Below, piece after piece: positions 1-13,180 of a stretch of DNA of 60,514 bases. The notes beneath the pieces are model-generated. The model was not told the origin of the DNA, did not search any database, and worked only from the letters and a program-made list of their open reading frames with translations. Every line of letters begins with the position of its first letter. Position 1 is the first letter of the stretch. The position numbers and the translations under genes are program-made. Source of the DNA: Octopus bimaculoides (lineage: Eukaryota); the NCBI RefSeq assembly GCF_001194135.2, contig NC_068985.1, positions 69,798,332-69,858,845 of the forward strand, in the 5' to 3' direction.

Positions 1-325
1 AGATAACTCGAATGTGGAATCTAAAAACAGAAACAATTCCTATCATAGTAGGTGCCTTAGGTATAATAAAAAAATATTCAGACAAATACATAACAAAAAC
101 ACCAGGACTTACAAATATATATAACATACAGAAAATTGCACTACTGGGTACTGCACACATTCTACGCAAAACACTTTCAATACAGTAAACATAAGAGCAC
201 CACAGCAAACCACAGCACATACCCAAGGCGCACAGAGCTGCGCTCGCTAGTGAAGTGAAAGCACGTTATAAAAATAAAACTACTGAATAATAATAATAAT
301 AATAATAATAACAACAACAACAACA
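1..325 (+). mobile_element. 3' end of R4/Dong-like (RLE) non-LTR retrotransposon with (AAT)n(AAC)n tail
   Basis: 3..188 translates as ITRMWNLKTETIPIIVGALGIIKK...IQKIALLGTAHILRKTLSIQ*, the typical C-terminus after the restriction-like endonuclease. A ~100 nt UTR follows, then (AAT)n from ~288. Confidence 0.85.
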
Positions 326-372
326 TCGGAAAGTACCTTAGGAATGAGAAACCAAGTTCGAAATTTCCCCGA

Positions 373-418
373 GACAACTGATGATGGCTGGAAGTTATAT
401 CAGCCGAAACGCTGTGTT
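373..418 (+). ncRNA. Degenerate minimal type I hammerhead ribozyme in a short PLE-type end fragment (~326-445)
   Basis: CTGATGA (378-384), extra T, stem II GGCTG/CAGCC (386-390/401-405), GAAA (406-409). Stem I gacaa/gtgtt has one mismatch and the U16.1 position is C, so it is probably inactive. Confidence 0.55.
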
Positions 419-499
419 AACAACAAATATTATGAGGACAAATATCCGTCAATTGTAAATAATGAAAAAATGTACTATTCTTAACTGTTTGTAATTTTT

Positions 500-2220
500 G
501 GTTAGAAGTATTTTGAATGTAGGGTAGACAACCATCATGATATAAACCTCCATTGATTGGTCAGACATCTCATAAAGGATATATATACCGACCAAATCAA
601 AGACTTTTGTTGAATGAGAACTTCCCATCGTGACATCAAAACTGTCGCGGTTAAGAATAGCTTAGTTAAATTTTTCCGAAACATGGGCTTAAGCATCGTT
701 TTTTTTAAATATTATATTTAACTTGAATAATGATTTATATTTCCCATACTATAAACCCTCAAGTAATTTAAAATATATTAGGTATTTCAATAATCACTCT
801 AAGGTTATTACAAAGAATTTAGTTAGGAATATTTCACTTAGACTTTCTAGATTATCTGCTAATGTTGATATGTAAAACGATGAAGCTGAATTTTATAACT
901 GCCTTACTTAAGGTAGTCAATAAAGAAAAAAATTACCTATATTAACCCTGTTGACGTTAATTCTACATCTATTAATCAGGACATGAAATCAAGTCATAAC
1001 GGTCTTAATTTTTATTCGAATAACATCACCAAATCGAGTAATATAATTCTGTAGCGTAAGGGAGATAACCGTTATTTAAGACATTCATTATAAAGGTACA
1101 TCGAGGACTTTTAAAACTAATTACCCTTATAACACGGTATGTCATAGCATAACTATTTGGTTGAAAATTCCATATGTTAAGTAGATCAAATCCAACTTCT
1201 CTTACAAGTTTTGTGAACCTATAGAAAACAATTTCCGAAGAAATTCAAGATACTATTCGATTACTAATTCACACCGAATCCGAATAGATTTTTCTAACAC
1301 AATAAAATCTTTCAGAAATCATCTCTTCGCATAATAATAAGTTGTTAAATACAAATCCACTTAATGAAAATACTAGCATTGATTTTGTTAACTCTAACCA
1401 TTTTAAAAATAATAACAGCGGGGTTATTGTTTGTGAAGTTAACTCCTATCGCATTCGTTTTCATAGAGGTAATTCTAAGACTAGAAACTCTATTTATCAA
1501 TGTGAAATTACTTCCGGTTTTGACGTCTTTTTTATATAGGTAGTTCTTCATCTCAGTTGTCCCAAAGAATATCTAATCATTACTCTACATTTAGACATAT
1601 CAATAAACGTAACAACACTGGGCTTAGTAAATTAATCTGGTATCTAAAGGATCATAATAAACAACTTAATTTGGAATGGAATAATCTCGCTGTATTTTTT
1701 TCCATATGATAAAGGTAAATCTTTTTGTCCGCTTTTTAAGAGTGAGATGCACTTTAACCTGTTCTCAGAGAATACCTTTGTAAACACGATTACAGAGCAC
1801 GTTTATCGTTGCAAACATTGGCAGAAACATACCTTTTGTTCCTATAAGTGGTTTCTACCATTTAATTCACAGTCCTCTTACATTTCTCTTCCATTAAATA
1901 TATCTACTTCTATGCCTTTCAGTTTTATTCTAATTCACCTATCGCTCTATATCTCACCACTATTAGTTTTCTGCTAATTTCTTTCTTTCACTTCCTTCTC
2001 TTTCTATAAACTAACTTGACGTTATAATCTACTAACGGTTTTTTTTTTATTGCTAGCGTTCCCTTCATCATGTCTGCTTCCATCACATCCTGTTAAAGTA
2101 TCTTATTGACATCCTTGGTTTTTTTCTTTCCCTGATGAGAAGATTGCATTGTTTTATACCATTTTATTCCTTCTGGAATAATACGAATGTTTTCTTCGAA
2201 ACATATGTCGGAAGTAAAAA
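500..2220 (+). mobile_element. Decayed Penelope-like element (RT C-terminus, GIY-YIG endonuclease, 3' pLTR with hammerhead)
   Basis: From 717: FNLNNDLYFPYYKPSSNLKYIRYFNNHSKVITKNLVRNISLRLSRLS. At ~1150-1350: IWLKIPYVK*IKSNF...NNKLL. At ~1489-1850, across frameshifts: SIYQCEIT...FYIGSSSSQLSQRISNHYSTFRH...LSKLIWYLKDHN...PYDKGKSFCPL...CKH. Several stops and frameshifts. Confidence 0.85.
2127..2214 (+). ncRNA. Type I hammerhead ribozyme with intact catalytic core
   Basis: Stem I TTTCC (2127-2131)/GGAAG (2210-2214); CTGATGA (2132-2138); stem II GAAGA (2139-2143)/TCTTC (2193-2197) with extended pairing; GAA (2198-2200); palindromic stem III ACATATGT (2201-2208); GUC cleavage triplet, cut after C2209. 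Confidence 0.85.
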
Positions 2221-3177
2221 GATTCAAATAACACCTGCGTTTAACTGCATTTATTTATTTATCTATATTATTCAAAAACATATCACCTAAACCTGGAGTT
2301 TCTACCTTTATAAGTAGTCTGCTACATCCTTGGTACTTGTGTGAATATTTGCTACCCTGGTAACTATTTTTTTTTCCGTGTTATTTGTAAACACTGAAAA
2401 AACACACATACTTATATATTTATGTGTCGAAGACATGTTACTATAAAATAGAGAAATTTGAAAAGACAACACGAAACTGGTTATTTCTCCAACTACAATG
2501 TTTATATACCAAAAAACGTTATAACATTATTCTGACATAATTTAAATATATACTTTACACATGTAACACAAGCGTTCTGTAGTTTTTTCACTCATGTTTA
2601 TCTTATATATATATATATATATATATNNNNNNNNNNNNNNNNNNNNNNNNNNNNNNNNNNNNNNNNNNNNNNNNNNNNNNNNNNNNNNNNNNNNNNNNNN
2701 NNNNNNNNNNNNNNNNNNNNNNNNNNNNNNNNNNNNNNNNNNNNNNNNNNNNNNNNNNNNNNNNNNNNNNNNNNNNNNNNNNNNNNNNNNNNNNNNNNNN
2801 NNNNNNNNNNNNNNNNNNNNNNNNNNNNNNNNNNNNNNNNNNNNNNNNNNNNNNNNNNNNNNNNNNNNNNNNNNNNNNNNNNNNNNNNNNNNNNNNNNNN
2901 NNNNNNNNNNNNNNNNNNNNNNNNNNNNNNNNNNNNNNNNNNNNNNNNNNNNNNNNNNNNNNNNNNNNNNNNNNNNNNNNNNNNNNNNNNNNNNNNNNNN
3001 NNNNNNNNNNNNNNNNNNNNNNNNNNNNNNNNNNNNNNNNNNNNNNNNNNNNNNNNNNNNNNNNNNNNNNNNNNNNNNNNNNNNNNNNNNNNNNNNNNNN
3101 NNNNNNNNNNNNNNNNNNNNNNNNNNNNNNNNNNNNNNNNNNNNNNNNNNNNNNNNNNNNNNNNNNNNNNNNNNNNN

Positions 3178-3665
3178 GTGTGTGTGTGTGTGTGTGTGTG
3201 TGCGTGGACGTATATGTTAGTGTATACGTACTGGAATGCATATGTATTTCATGATATATAAAATGAATATATTAAATATTTAGATAACCATTTTCATTTC
3301 TTAACATACAATTTTGAACACGCACACACATGCACATATGTGTGTGTGTGTGTGTGCGTGCGTGTGTTTGTATGTGGGGATGGGAAATTTGGCGAGTTTA
3401 TATGAAATTTATATATATATTTATATATATAGGTTATTTTTTATAGTTATATTTGTGTAAATATTTTTCTGTTCAATGAATATGAATACAGGTACTTTGA
3501 ATAGTTAAATAATTGTGTACATGAATAACATGAATATAGGCACTTTAAATTATATATCTGTATCCATATATTAAATAATATGTGTAGGTATCTGTGTATA
3601 TATGGGTATGTATATTGTGGGTGTATATGTATACGTATGTATATGTATATATATATATGTATATA

Positions 3666-3739
<74 letters not shown>

Positions 3740-3740
3740 C

Positions 3741-3777
<37 letters not shown>

Positions 3778-3913
3778 GGTGTGTGTGTATGTATGTATGT
3801 ATATGTATGCGTATATGTTGTATATATGTATATATATATGTATATCTGTGAGTGTATGGATATATTTACTGTAAGTTATAGGTATATTTTACTATACACA
3901 CACACACACACAT

Positions 3914-3944
<31 letters not shown>

Positions 3945-3950
3945 CATATG

Positions 3951-4011
<61 letters not shown>
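3178..4011. repeat. Compound (TG)n/(TA)n/(CA)n microsatellite field
   Basis: Dinucleotide runs read directly, adjacent to the N-gap at 2627-3177. Confidence 0.95.
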
Positions 4012-4013
<2 letters not shown>

Positions 4014-5184
4014 CGTTAGATGTAATACGCGCTTATTTGGAATTAAACATCCTTCAATCAAAATAATTTGTACTATGAAACATATTTCCATAATCAGCTG
4101 TTTTCATTATGTCTTATTTAGAATATTAATTATAATATGTTATTTGCTAAGCATCATTTATTTACGAACAGTCAAAGTGTTTTGAACATGTATATTATTT
4201 ATTAACTCCCCTATATTGATTTATGAACAACATAGATTATACATAAAATAATTGATTCGATATAACGTTGAATTTTTAATTTTGACTTTTTATTTAATTT
4301 CAGTTAACTATACTGAATAGCTAAAGCCTAAATACCTACATTTTTTACTCGATCGTAAATTACTAAAAGTATTATCCTCATGCGTATAAAAACGCCTTTT
4401 TAAGCACAAACAATATTTTAACACATACATTTTTTAAAATAAGTATTGCATCTATATTGTTCATATTTAAAATGCATATATTTACCTATGCATTATTTTT
4501 ACTGTAATTTAATAATAGTATCGATTATTCATTGTTACATATAAGGAACAGAATGAACTATAGATATTTTCATTTGCTCGTTTACAAACTATAAAATAGA
4601 GATGATATGTATATGTTTTATGATAGATGACAGTTAATTTAAATCTGACATCGAAATAAGATGTATATTCTTGTTTGGTTTTAGATGTATGTAAAGATAC
4701 ATGCATTCCTTTTTGACCAATATGTTAGGGTCATAGGATAAAGAATTTTATCTGCTTATAGTGGGGAGGGAGCTAAGAGTATGCAATAAGACACAGTGAA
4801 AATACAATAGTTACGATTTTATTTCTTTTTTGTGGATCCTTAGTACTGAATTACAAGTTGAAAGTGTAAGGAACTACACCTTTGCATTATAATAGGTAAT
4901 AAAAATCTCAGGGTATTGATTTTAAACATCATTTAAGATTAATTATATTCCACGTGAACATAGACGCACATACACACGCACAAACATATATAATTAGTAA
5001 ACAAAGTTATTTAATTCCACACATGTAGCACAATAGGTAAAATAGGAGTTGAAGATGCACTGACAAGAGTTTAAATATTTTTTTATTGATATACATTTAA
5101 AGCTTTAACCCGGTTCACATTTTACACTAATTTTCAAAACTTCAGATAGAAAGATGTGGATTATGTCGTAACTGACTTGCTTCT

Positions 5185-7040
5185 GAATTTCTTTATTTGC
5201 CACCCAGGCCATAACATAGAGGGGACAACACAAGGATAGACAGAACACTTATTGTGGGGATATAAAGTATAAAACGAATGAAAATGAAAAAAAAAACGTA
5301 TAATGAAATGGTAATAATGAAATGGCTGCATTGAAACCCACTTTTCAAAAAGTACCATTTTACTGTTAATTTAAAGAAGTTATGAAAGTTGACTTCTTTT
5401 TTCTTTTTACATTTTTTTCCCGTTTGCTTTTAAATTAAAATCTATTTCCTTTTTCTTCTCTTTTTCTCCTTTGTTAAAAAGTCTATTTCTTCTTTTCCCA
5501 CATTTAAAGTACTCCTTTATTACCATTCATTAGAGGTATTAACTCCTCGTATGTAAATACTTTTGGTAGTTCTTCAAATTCAATTTCTTCCCCCAAAGGG
5601 TTCACATCACATTTAAATAGATCTTTTAACCTGTTATACCTTTCCTTGTCAATCACCATTCCCTTTATATGTTCCGGGTAACGTTCAGCTGGTAATTTAA
5701 TCCTTATGGCACCGTTTAACTTCGTTATTTACCGCTCTATGGCGGTATTTTTAAATATGTTACTACATGCCACCTTTTCTTATTGGTATTTACTTGTTTA
5801 TTCACCAGACCGAAATTGTCCGGGCTAGTCATTTCCTTTGGTTCCTCCGTCTGTACATAACCACAATGGTTCACCATTACATCCTCCACTATGTTGTGAT
5901 ACTACGGCTGGTATATTTGCCCAGTTCCTCTGTACCTCCAATATCTTCTCTTCTACTTTCTTCTTTCGTCTTTGGTTCTCTGTCCGAGAGCTCTCCCGCT
6001 CCTTTCTCTTTTGCTTATTAACAACGATTAATGTCTCCGCTTTATTTTCCTTTATTTCCGACCCTTCCTCTTCGGCAGTCTGCTTTTGTTGTTCCCCTAC
6101 TTCACTTTCTTGGTGAGGGCACTTTGCTTTCATGTGTCCTTTTTTTTACATAGAAAACATGTTGGAGTTATTCCCTCCACCACCACTCTTAGCGAAATGT
6201 TTTCCGGTAGAAGAATCTCTTCTACAATTCCATGTAGGTCTTTTAGCCCAACTTGAATTGTAATTTCTAGGCCGTAGCCCCATCAATTTACTTCCTTGGT
6301 TCTGGCTATCTTCAGAATCCTTGCATCTTCTTCCATTCCGTGCATGACAGCTGCCACTATCCATGCCTTTTCAATCTCGAGGGGCAATCTGCCGACTCTC
6401 ACTCTAGCAGCACGTTTGCCATAGTACATCGGTAGCAGCACCCAGTCTTGTGTCCTTATCGGTTCAGTGGTTTGGTTAATAGCGTCTTCCTCGTTGAAGA
6501 ACATAACCTCCACTGTTCCATATTTTCTTCCACGTGTATAGTAGGTGGTTAATCCTTTCATGTCACGTTGACATTCCTCAATTGCCTCTGTTGGAGCAAT
6601 CTCTTTTTTTTTTTTTTTGGTAGAAGTTGATAACGTCCTGTATACAAACGTTTTCCTTGCTAAATTATACGTCTAAAGAGGTCAGCTTTTAGCTGGCCCC
6701 TTCCTTTTGTAACAATTTGTTTCCTTTTTTCCATTCCATAGTGTCTATATTTATCTCGCCAACTTCAAGTGTGTTGGTCGTAGTTTCGTAGTTTCGGATG
6801 CATAACTTGCATGACTTTTGTAGTTTCGGATGCATAACTTGCGACACGTTCCATTTCTCCTCTTTTTCCCACTTCAACAATTTTCAATACAAGGAAGAGG
6901 CAGTAAAAAAATCTCCAACAACCCACATGCAGTTACAATATATATAAACGTCTCTAAAAGTGATTAAGGTTTCAAATACGCACTAGCATCGCTAGAAATA
7001 GATGTTAAAACAACTCTTAGCCACGAACAGAGTTTATTCT
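5185..7040 (-). mobile_element. Tx1/L1-like element with decayed ORF1 (gag-like, CCHC knuckle) and 3' UTR, no ORF2 detected
   Basis: Minus strand: ...GRLPLEIEKAWIVAAV...WGYGLEITIQV...VVVEGITPTCFLCKK(fs)GHMKAKC (knuckle ~6118-6160), then a K/E-rich region. It ends TTGTCCCCTCTATGTT...AATAAAGAAA at ~5188-5235. Confidence 0.75.
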
Positions 7041-7240
7041 ATTTCAAAAGCATTATTCTATAAATTATCTTAGGGAGACAAGCTTACAGAGATTGTCACC
7101 CCTGTCAGTCGATAGTTGAGTACTTCAGTAAATATTACTGACGTTTGTACTTGTAGCATTTGGTTTTAAATTGCGACTAGCCACTTTAATATCTTACATA
7201 TGTGTGTGCAACTATGTGTATGTGTGTATTTTTGTGTGTA

Positions 7241-7295
<55 letters not shown>

Positions 7296-7569
7296 GTTAG
7301 TATGTAAACACATATATACCCACAGACCTATTTCTATGTGTGTGTTGGTGCATGTGTATACGGAAGTGTTTTAACACATAGATCCACAGACACAACATTC
7401 CCACACAAACATGCACATACATATAATCTACATATACATGTTTATATCTGTGTATATGTACATCTAAACTTTCAGAGAAATCAATAGGAATATATATGAC
7501 TTTATTGAAAAGAAAACTATGTTTTTATCTGTATTTAATTGTACACTGTCATTTTGAATCATGAACACA

Positions 7570-8205
7570 ACCAAAACTACCGTCGTCATAAACATCACAA
7601 CTATTATTATTATTGTTGTTGTTATTATTACTATTATTGACATGATTGTTATTGTTGTTTCTTGATGTCGTCATCGTTGTTTTTGCTGCATTTCTTGTTG
7701 CGATTGTTAGCTGTTGGAGAAGCCGGATTAATCTGCCGGACTGAATAGATGTTATCACTATCATCTAAACTCCAAAACATTTGCCGTAATCAGGCATTAC
7801 TCGTCCTACCTAACCCACCAACACCGCCGCCATCACTAGCAACATCGCCACCACCAACAACAACAACACCAACACCACAACTACGACCGCAGCCGCCAAT
7901 AATATTCCTTCACTACTGTCATCATTACATATAATTTCCAACGATTCCGTACGCTATCAGACCATCCACATCCTCGTCCTCCTCCGTTTCCCTCGCTCCA
8001 CCACCAATTTCTGCTTTTTTTTTCTTTCTTTTTCCGATTCTTGTGCCTCTTCTCATTTCTTTTCATTAACTTTTTTCTAGTTATTTGGCTGCTGCTACTG
8101 CCGCCTTTACTGCTCTCGCCGCTGGTGTTGCTGCTGCTACAACTACCATCATCAACGACTTCAAAAACAACAATGATCACAACAGCTGCTGCTGCTACTA
8201 TTACA

Positions 8206-8279
<74 letters not shown>

Positions 8280-8640
8280 CACCACCACTACTACTACTAC
8301 CACCAACACCACTACTACTACTAACACATACACAACCACCACCACCACCACCACCACCACTACTACTACTACTATTCTTATTCATTATAGTATTGATATT
8401 ATATATTGTTTTTTTTTATTTCTATTGTAATTATTATTATTATTATTATTATTATTAATTTTCCTCAGTTCTTTTCCAATCATTTTCGTTTTGTATCATC
8501 TTTATTCTCTTTCATTATTTTTTCCTTCATATTTTACTCCACTCGTCTTTTCCTTTCTATGCTGTCTGTCTTTTCCTCCCCTTCCTCCTTCTCTTTCTGC
8601 CACAACTACTACTACTAATGCTAGTACCAATTCTAATACT
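7570..8640. repeat. Degenerate trinucleotide low-complexity region with (CTA)n/(CCA)n/(TAT)n runs
   Basis: Perfect (CTA)n and (CCA)n runs at 8207-8375 within cryptically simple sequence. Confidence 0.9.
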
Positions 8641-8719
8641 AATACTGCTATTCTTCTTTGATTGGCTTATTGAATGCATGCATCATTCAGTGAATTACAT
8701 ACTTGAACCTCCGTGCCAC

Positions 8720-8960
8720 AAACTAGTATACATTTCCTGATTTAGATATAAAGTCAGTTGTAAGAAAACCCACAGACCCCCATCTCACTAAACTTCACCC
8801 TCAGCTATCTAACTCATGTCTCTTGCGCCACGTCTCCATCTCCTACAATTTGTGAAGACTTGATTTCCAACGATAATTGAAGCTGACTCTAGTGATTAGC
8901 AAAATTGTATGCCATTGATGTAGACATCATTCAAACAATTTGTAAGGCTATGAAGAGCTA
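8720..8960 (+). mobile_element. Possible Penelope-like RT thumb fragment
   Basis: Translates TFPDLDIKSVVRKPTDPISLNF, resembling the PLE FLD...VYRKPT...YL motif. Highly degenerate. Confidence 0.35.
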
Positions 8961-9037
8961 TGTTTAAAGCATGGCTCTAGACTTTCGTTTTAAGGTATTT
9001 GTATGTGTTTATTAATATGTATTGTGTATATATGTAT

Positions 9038-9120
<83 letters not shown>

Positions 9121-9659
9121 TATGCATATATATATATACATGTATATATACATACGCATATATATACACAGAGAAAGACAGGAAGGTTGGTAAATAGATA
9201 AACAGTGATATGCATGTATAGTTGTATTTAGATTCATACACGCATGTAAATATAAAAGCTTGCCCACATAAACGCATTAACCAAATGTATGTGAATTAGA
9301 TACATAGATGATAAAATATTTTAATGCAAGCTTCTGCGTAACATTCATGCAAAATACTATATTGTTTATTAATATTATTACTGCATTCCCTTTGTAAATG
9401 CCGTTATTTATTTATTTATTTATTGTTTTCTATTCTGTGTGGTTGTGGATTTCGGTCTTAGTATTTCTTCATGCTGCTTTCGATTTAGCATCGTTTTGAA
9501 TTATATGTTTTGCATGTATATTTAAATCATGCATTTTCGTATGTTAAACTTGCATGGCTGGATATGAATAGGCTCATCTTGTCTTATTTATTCCTGTCCA
9601 CTTCATAGCCACTTTGGCTTTCTGCTTACTACGAAAATAATATTTTATCATTTATCTTT

Positions 9660-10040
9660 ACTAATTTCAGACATTGGCAGTGGCCGTGCTGGGGCGCTGT
9701 CTAAAAGAATAAAGTCGAATAAATCGGTCCCTCTACTTAAGATATGTTAAGCTCGGTACATAATCTGTTTCTTACATCCCAACTGGATGTAAACAATTCA
9801 ACACTCGTTATCAAGATATAGGGGATATATTACACAAAGACACACATGCATATATAAATACATATGATTACATATATAAATAAGGGGGATTCTTAAGTTT
9901 CCGCGTAGTAAATCTGCTAACAAGGTTTTGGTCAACCCAGAGAAATGATAAAAGACATTTGTCATAGGGATTACTCAGTTGGATTGAACCCAGAGAATGT
10001 GGACTGGAAGCAAATCTCTAGCTACAGCTACGCCTACAAA
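9660..10040 (-). mobile_element. Degenerate tRNA-derived SINE, family B (head, internal microsatellite, tail)
   Basis: Head at ~9880-10040 and tail at ~9660-9840 align by eye to the copies at 46740-47157 and 52950-53440. Confidence 0.65.
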
Positions 10041-10215
10041 ATGTTACACTTCATGAATGTACGTGTCGCTTTTGTGCAGAAGCCATTCTAATTTTCTCAG
10101 TATATATCCAATTTCAATATATTGGACTTGTGATGTATTACATTAGACAATAATTGCACCGATATCAACAACAATAACGGCAACAACAACAACAAAAAGG
10201 ACAAACAACAACGGA

Positions 10216-10272
<57 letters not shown>

Positions 10273-10889
10273 TACAATAAGATTCAGCTCCGCACTGACT
10301 AACAACATAGACGTGCGCCACCGAGTTCTCCATACAAGGCAAATCTAATCTAATAACAAGTTGGAATGAGAAAAGAAACCCGTGGAAGACTTGAAGGAAG
10401 AGGCCTTTTAACGAAAATAATCACAAAATCGAAATTTTACTGCCATACATAGCTCAGTTTCTCCCATGCACGATGTCTCAGTGAAACGTGTGAAACATAC
10501 GTGCGAAGTCAACATCGGAATGTTTACAAATTATCAAATATAAACAGTAAGTACGTAAATTGATTAATTACGCTTACAATATAATATCTATACAATCATG
10601 TATGCATTTTAATACCCATAGGACTACACATGTATCCCAATGATTACACAACTACGTTAAATGTACAGGACACACATATACGCGTATGAAAGCAAGTTTC
10701 ACAAATGAAGTAAAACAAAAACAAATCAATTTTCTTCGGACTAACACAGACAAAGTGAACAATTCATGAGCTCAACAATACCACAAAGGAACTATGCCTG
10801 GAGATAAATCTGTCAACAAAAAAAAAAACAAATACAGACGAATATAGATCTGTTACCTTTAAGATGCTACATTACGGGCGATGTTTTCA

Positions 10890-13180
10890 TTCAGAAAACC
10901 CGGAGGTAGCGTTGTCTCAAAAATACCCTAATGTCAACGTCCAAGCTCATCAAGCCACAATGATAACATAGAAAGCACACACTGAATTTGCCGTCACCCG
11001 AGTCAACAAGGGATGTGCACCCAGCCAGGAACCAGACTGGTTCAAATCTTCCCGAAATACAGGAGCGGGAAGTACCCACAACGGAATATTCCAGTAGATG
11101 GCCATCCACGCTCGTTATCAAATGACCAAAAGAAAAAGAATGAAAAATGGTCAAAGGGAGATAATAAAGAAATTCTTAAGCCCTTCTATCGTGTCATGTA
11201 TTTTCCCACAAATAAACCTAATACTGAAGAAACCAACCTAGACTGGAGAGAGAAGCGCCTTGGAGTAAGATCCTACATAGATATTAACAAAGTTGCCAAC
11301 GTAAGAAGAAACATGTAGAAGAAGTTAGTAACTGAATTTCTAATTGACCAAATTAAACAAGCACTAAGGGATAATAGGAACAAAGTTGCAACTAAAGAAG
11401 ATACTACCGAGGAAATAATTACAGACCAACCTAGGTCTGATGAAGATGCAGTAATAATAGAAGGAGATTATGTAGCTAATAACCAAAGACAAATGCTCTC
11501 TAAACCAACCATAAACACCAAGGCAGATGAAAATTAGAAAGATGAAGGAAGTCACACAGAAATTGTCATAACTGGACTACATGATCTAAAATATGGAGTC
11601 ATAGTTGAATGGCTGAAAATTAAAGAAACCGGCATGAATGAGTGTGACACTCTTCCTAAAATTTGCAGTTTTAACCAAAACCTGAAAGTAATTGGTAATA
11701 TCCACGTTGCACTTAAGGATATAACTTCTGCTACTGATGTTCATATTACAGATCTCAGTTACCTGTATTATGCATCAGCAAATATTTCAACGATTCTATG
11801 TGGTGAAAAGATTAGAAAACGACAACATTCACACAAAAAGCTTATTTAGCAAGAGCGTAATCATCAAATTCAGTTACTCAGGTCTGACAGAATCTTTAAA
11901 ATACCTTAAGTTTGACAAGAATATTAAACCAACACATATCTGAAAATTAAAGAAGCAAGTATAATTTGAAAACCATACTTCACATTGATATCACCATTGA
12001 CACTATTAAGCAAAATGTATCAGCTAAAGCTGCCCGCATAGCACGGTATGAAAAGCAAGTTAGTTTTTTCAAGGACAACCACATATTAAAAATGACACAA
12101 AACATTTTACAAGAAGATAGGAAAAATACGAAATACAGTAAAGCCTGTCCCATTAGGAATTTTGGAATAAAATTTGGGCTGAATAGATTGACAGACGTTC
12201 ACTGACTTTGACTCCTTAGAAGAATAACTGTGGGAGGGTATCAAGGTAGAGGATATAATATCTGCTCTCAGGAAATCAAGCAAATGGAAGTCTCCAGGAA
12301 ACGATAAAATTCCTAACTTCTGGCTGGAAGCCTTCTCAGAGAGACATGAACTACAAATAATAATTTTTGCAACAACCTAATACAATTCACTCTTGGCAAA
12401 TTAATGGTGTTACATTCCTACTTCCAAAAAATGAAGAAACAAGTGAACCAAAAAATTATGTATGAACTTGTTTGGGATTGCATCGAATGTTGAGCGATTG
12501 CTTGGAAAAAGTATGGGACAGTAGTTTAGGGACAGTAGAAATTAGAAGAGGCATCTTCCAAGGGGTCTGCCTTTCCCCACTGATCTTTGTTCTGTGCTTG
12601 ATACCACTGATACTGATACTGAGGAAGGCAAAAGCTGGGTATGTATTCAAAAGACGCCAACAAAAGGTCAACCATTTGTTATTCATTGATGACCTCAAAC
12701 TTTATGGTAAAGATGAGGCCCAAGTGAGTTCCCTAGTTGATACGGTGTATACCTTCAATGCTATAAGTACTCGGAGATTTTGGAAATGGATAAATTGATG
12801 GAGAAAGAAATGATAGAAAAATTTAAGGTGGTGTACTTACACAGACTGAGATTGATCCTTATGTCGAAATTAAACTGACGGAATAAGATCAAAGCTATCA
12901 ATACATAGGCAGTTTCACTTCTTAGATATGGTCAGCGGTAACTGCATGGACAGTAGAAGAGCTAAAAAGCTTAGACAGAAAGAGAAGGAACTTGCTAAGT
13001 AGATATGGGTCACTCCACCCAAAAAGTGACACAAGACTATATGTACCAAGAAAAAGGGGAGGGAGAGGACTTATTGGATGTGAACACAGAATTAGAACAG
13101 AAGAAAACAACATAGCATGGTATCTAAGAAATGCCACTGAACCGCTGTTATTAGACGTAGGAAGGTTAGTGCGAAATTGA
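10890..13180 (+). mobile_element. Decayed R4/Dong-like retrotransposon, apparently chimeric, lacking the RLE end
   Basis: N-terminal KWSKGDNKEI...NKVANVRR; KAARIARYEK; WKSPGNDKIPNFWL; LLPKNEETSEPKNY; RT RRGIFQGVCLSPLIF and HLLFIDDLKLY; LHPKSDTRLYVPRKRGGRGL. Confidence 0.9.

Noticed and set aside
2307-2393. Minus-strand terminal exon after a strong ttttttcag acceptor (VFTNNTEKK...DYL*)
   Set aside because: Only one weak frame, no phase-compatible upstream exon found, and a gap nearby.
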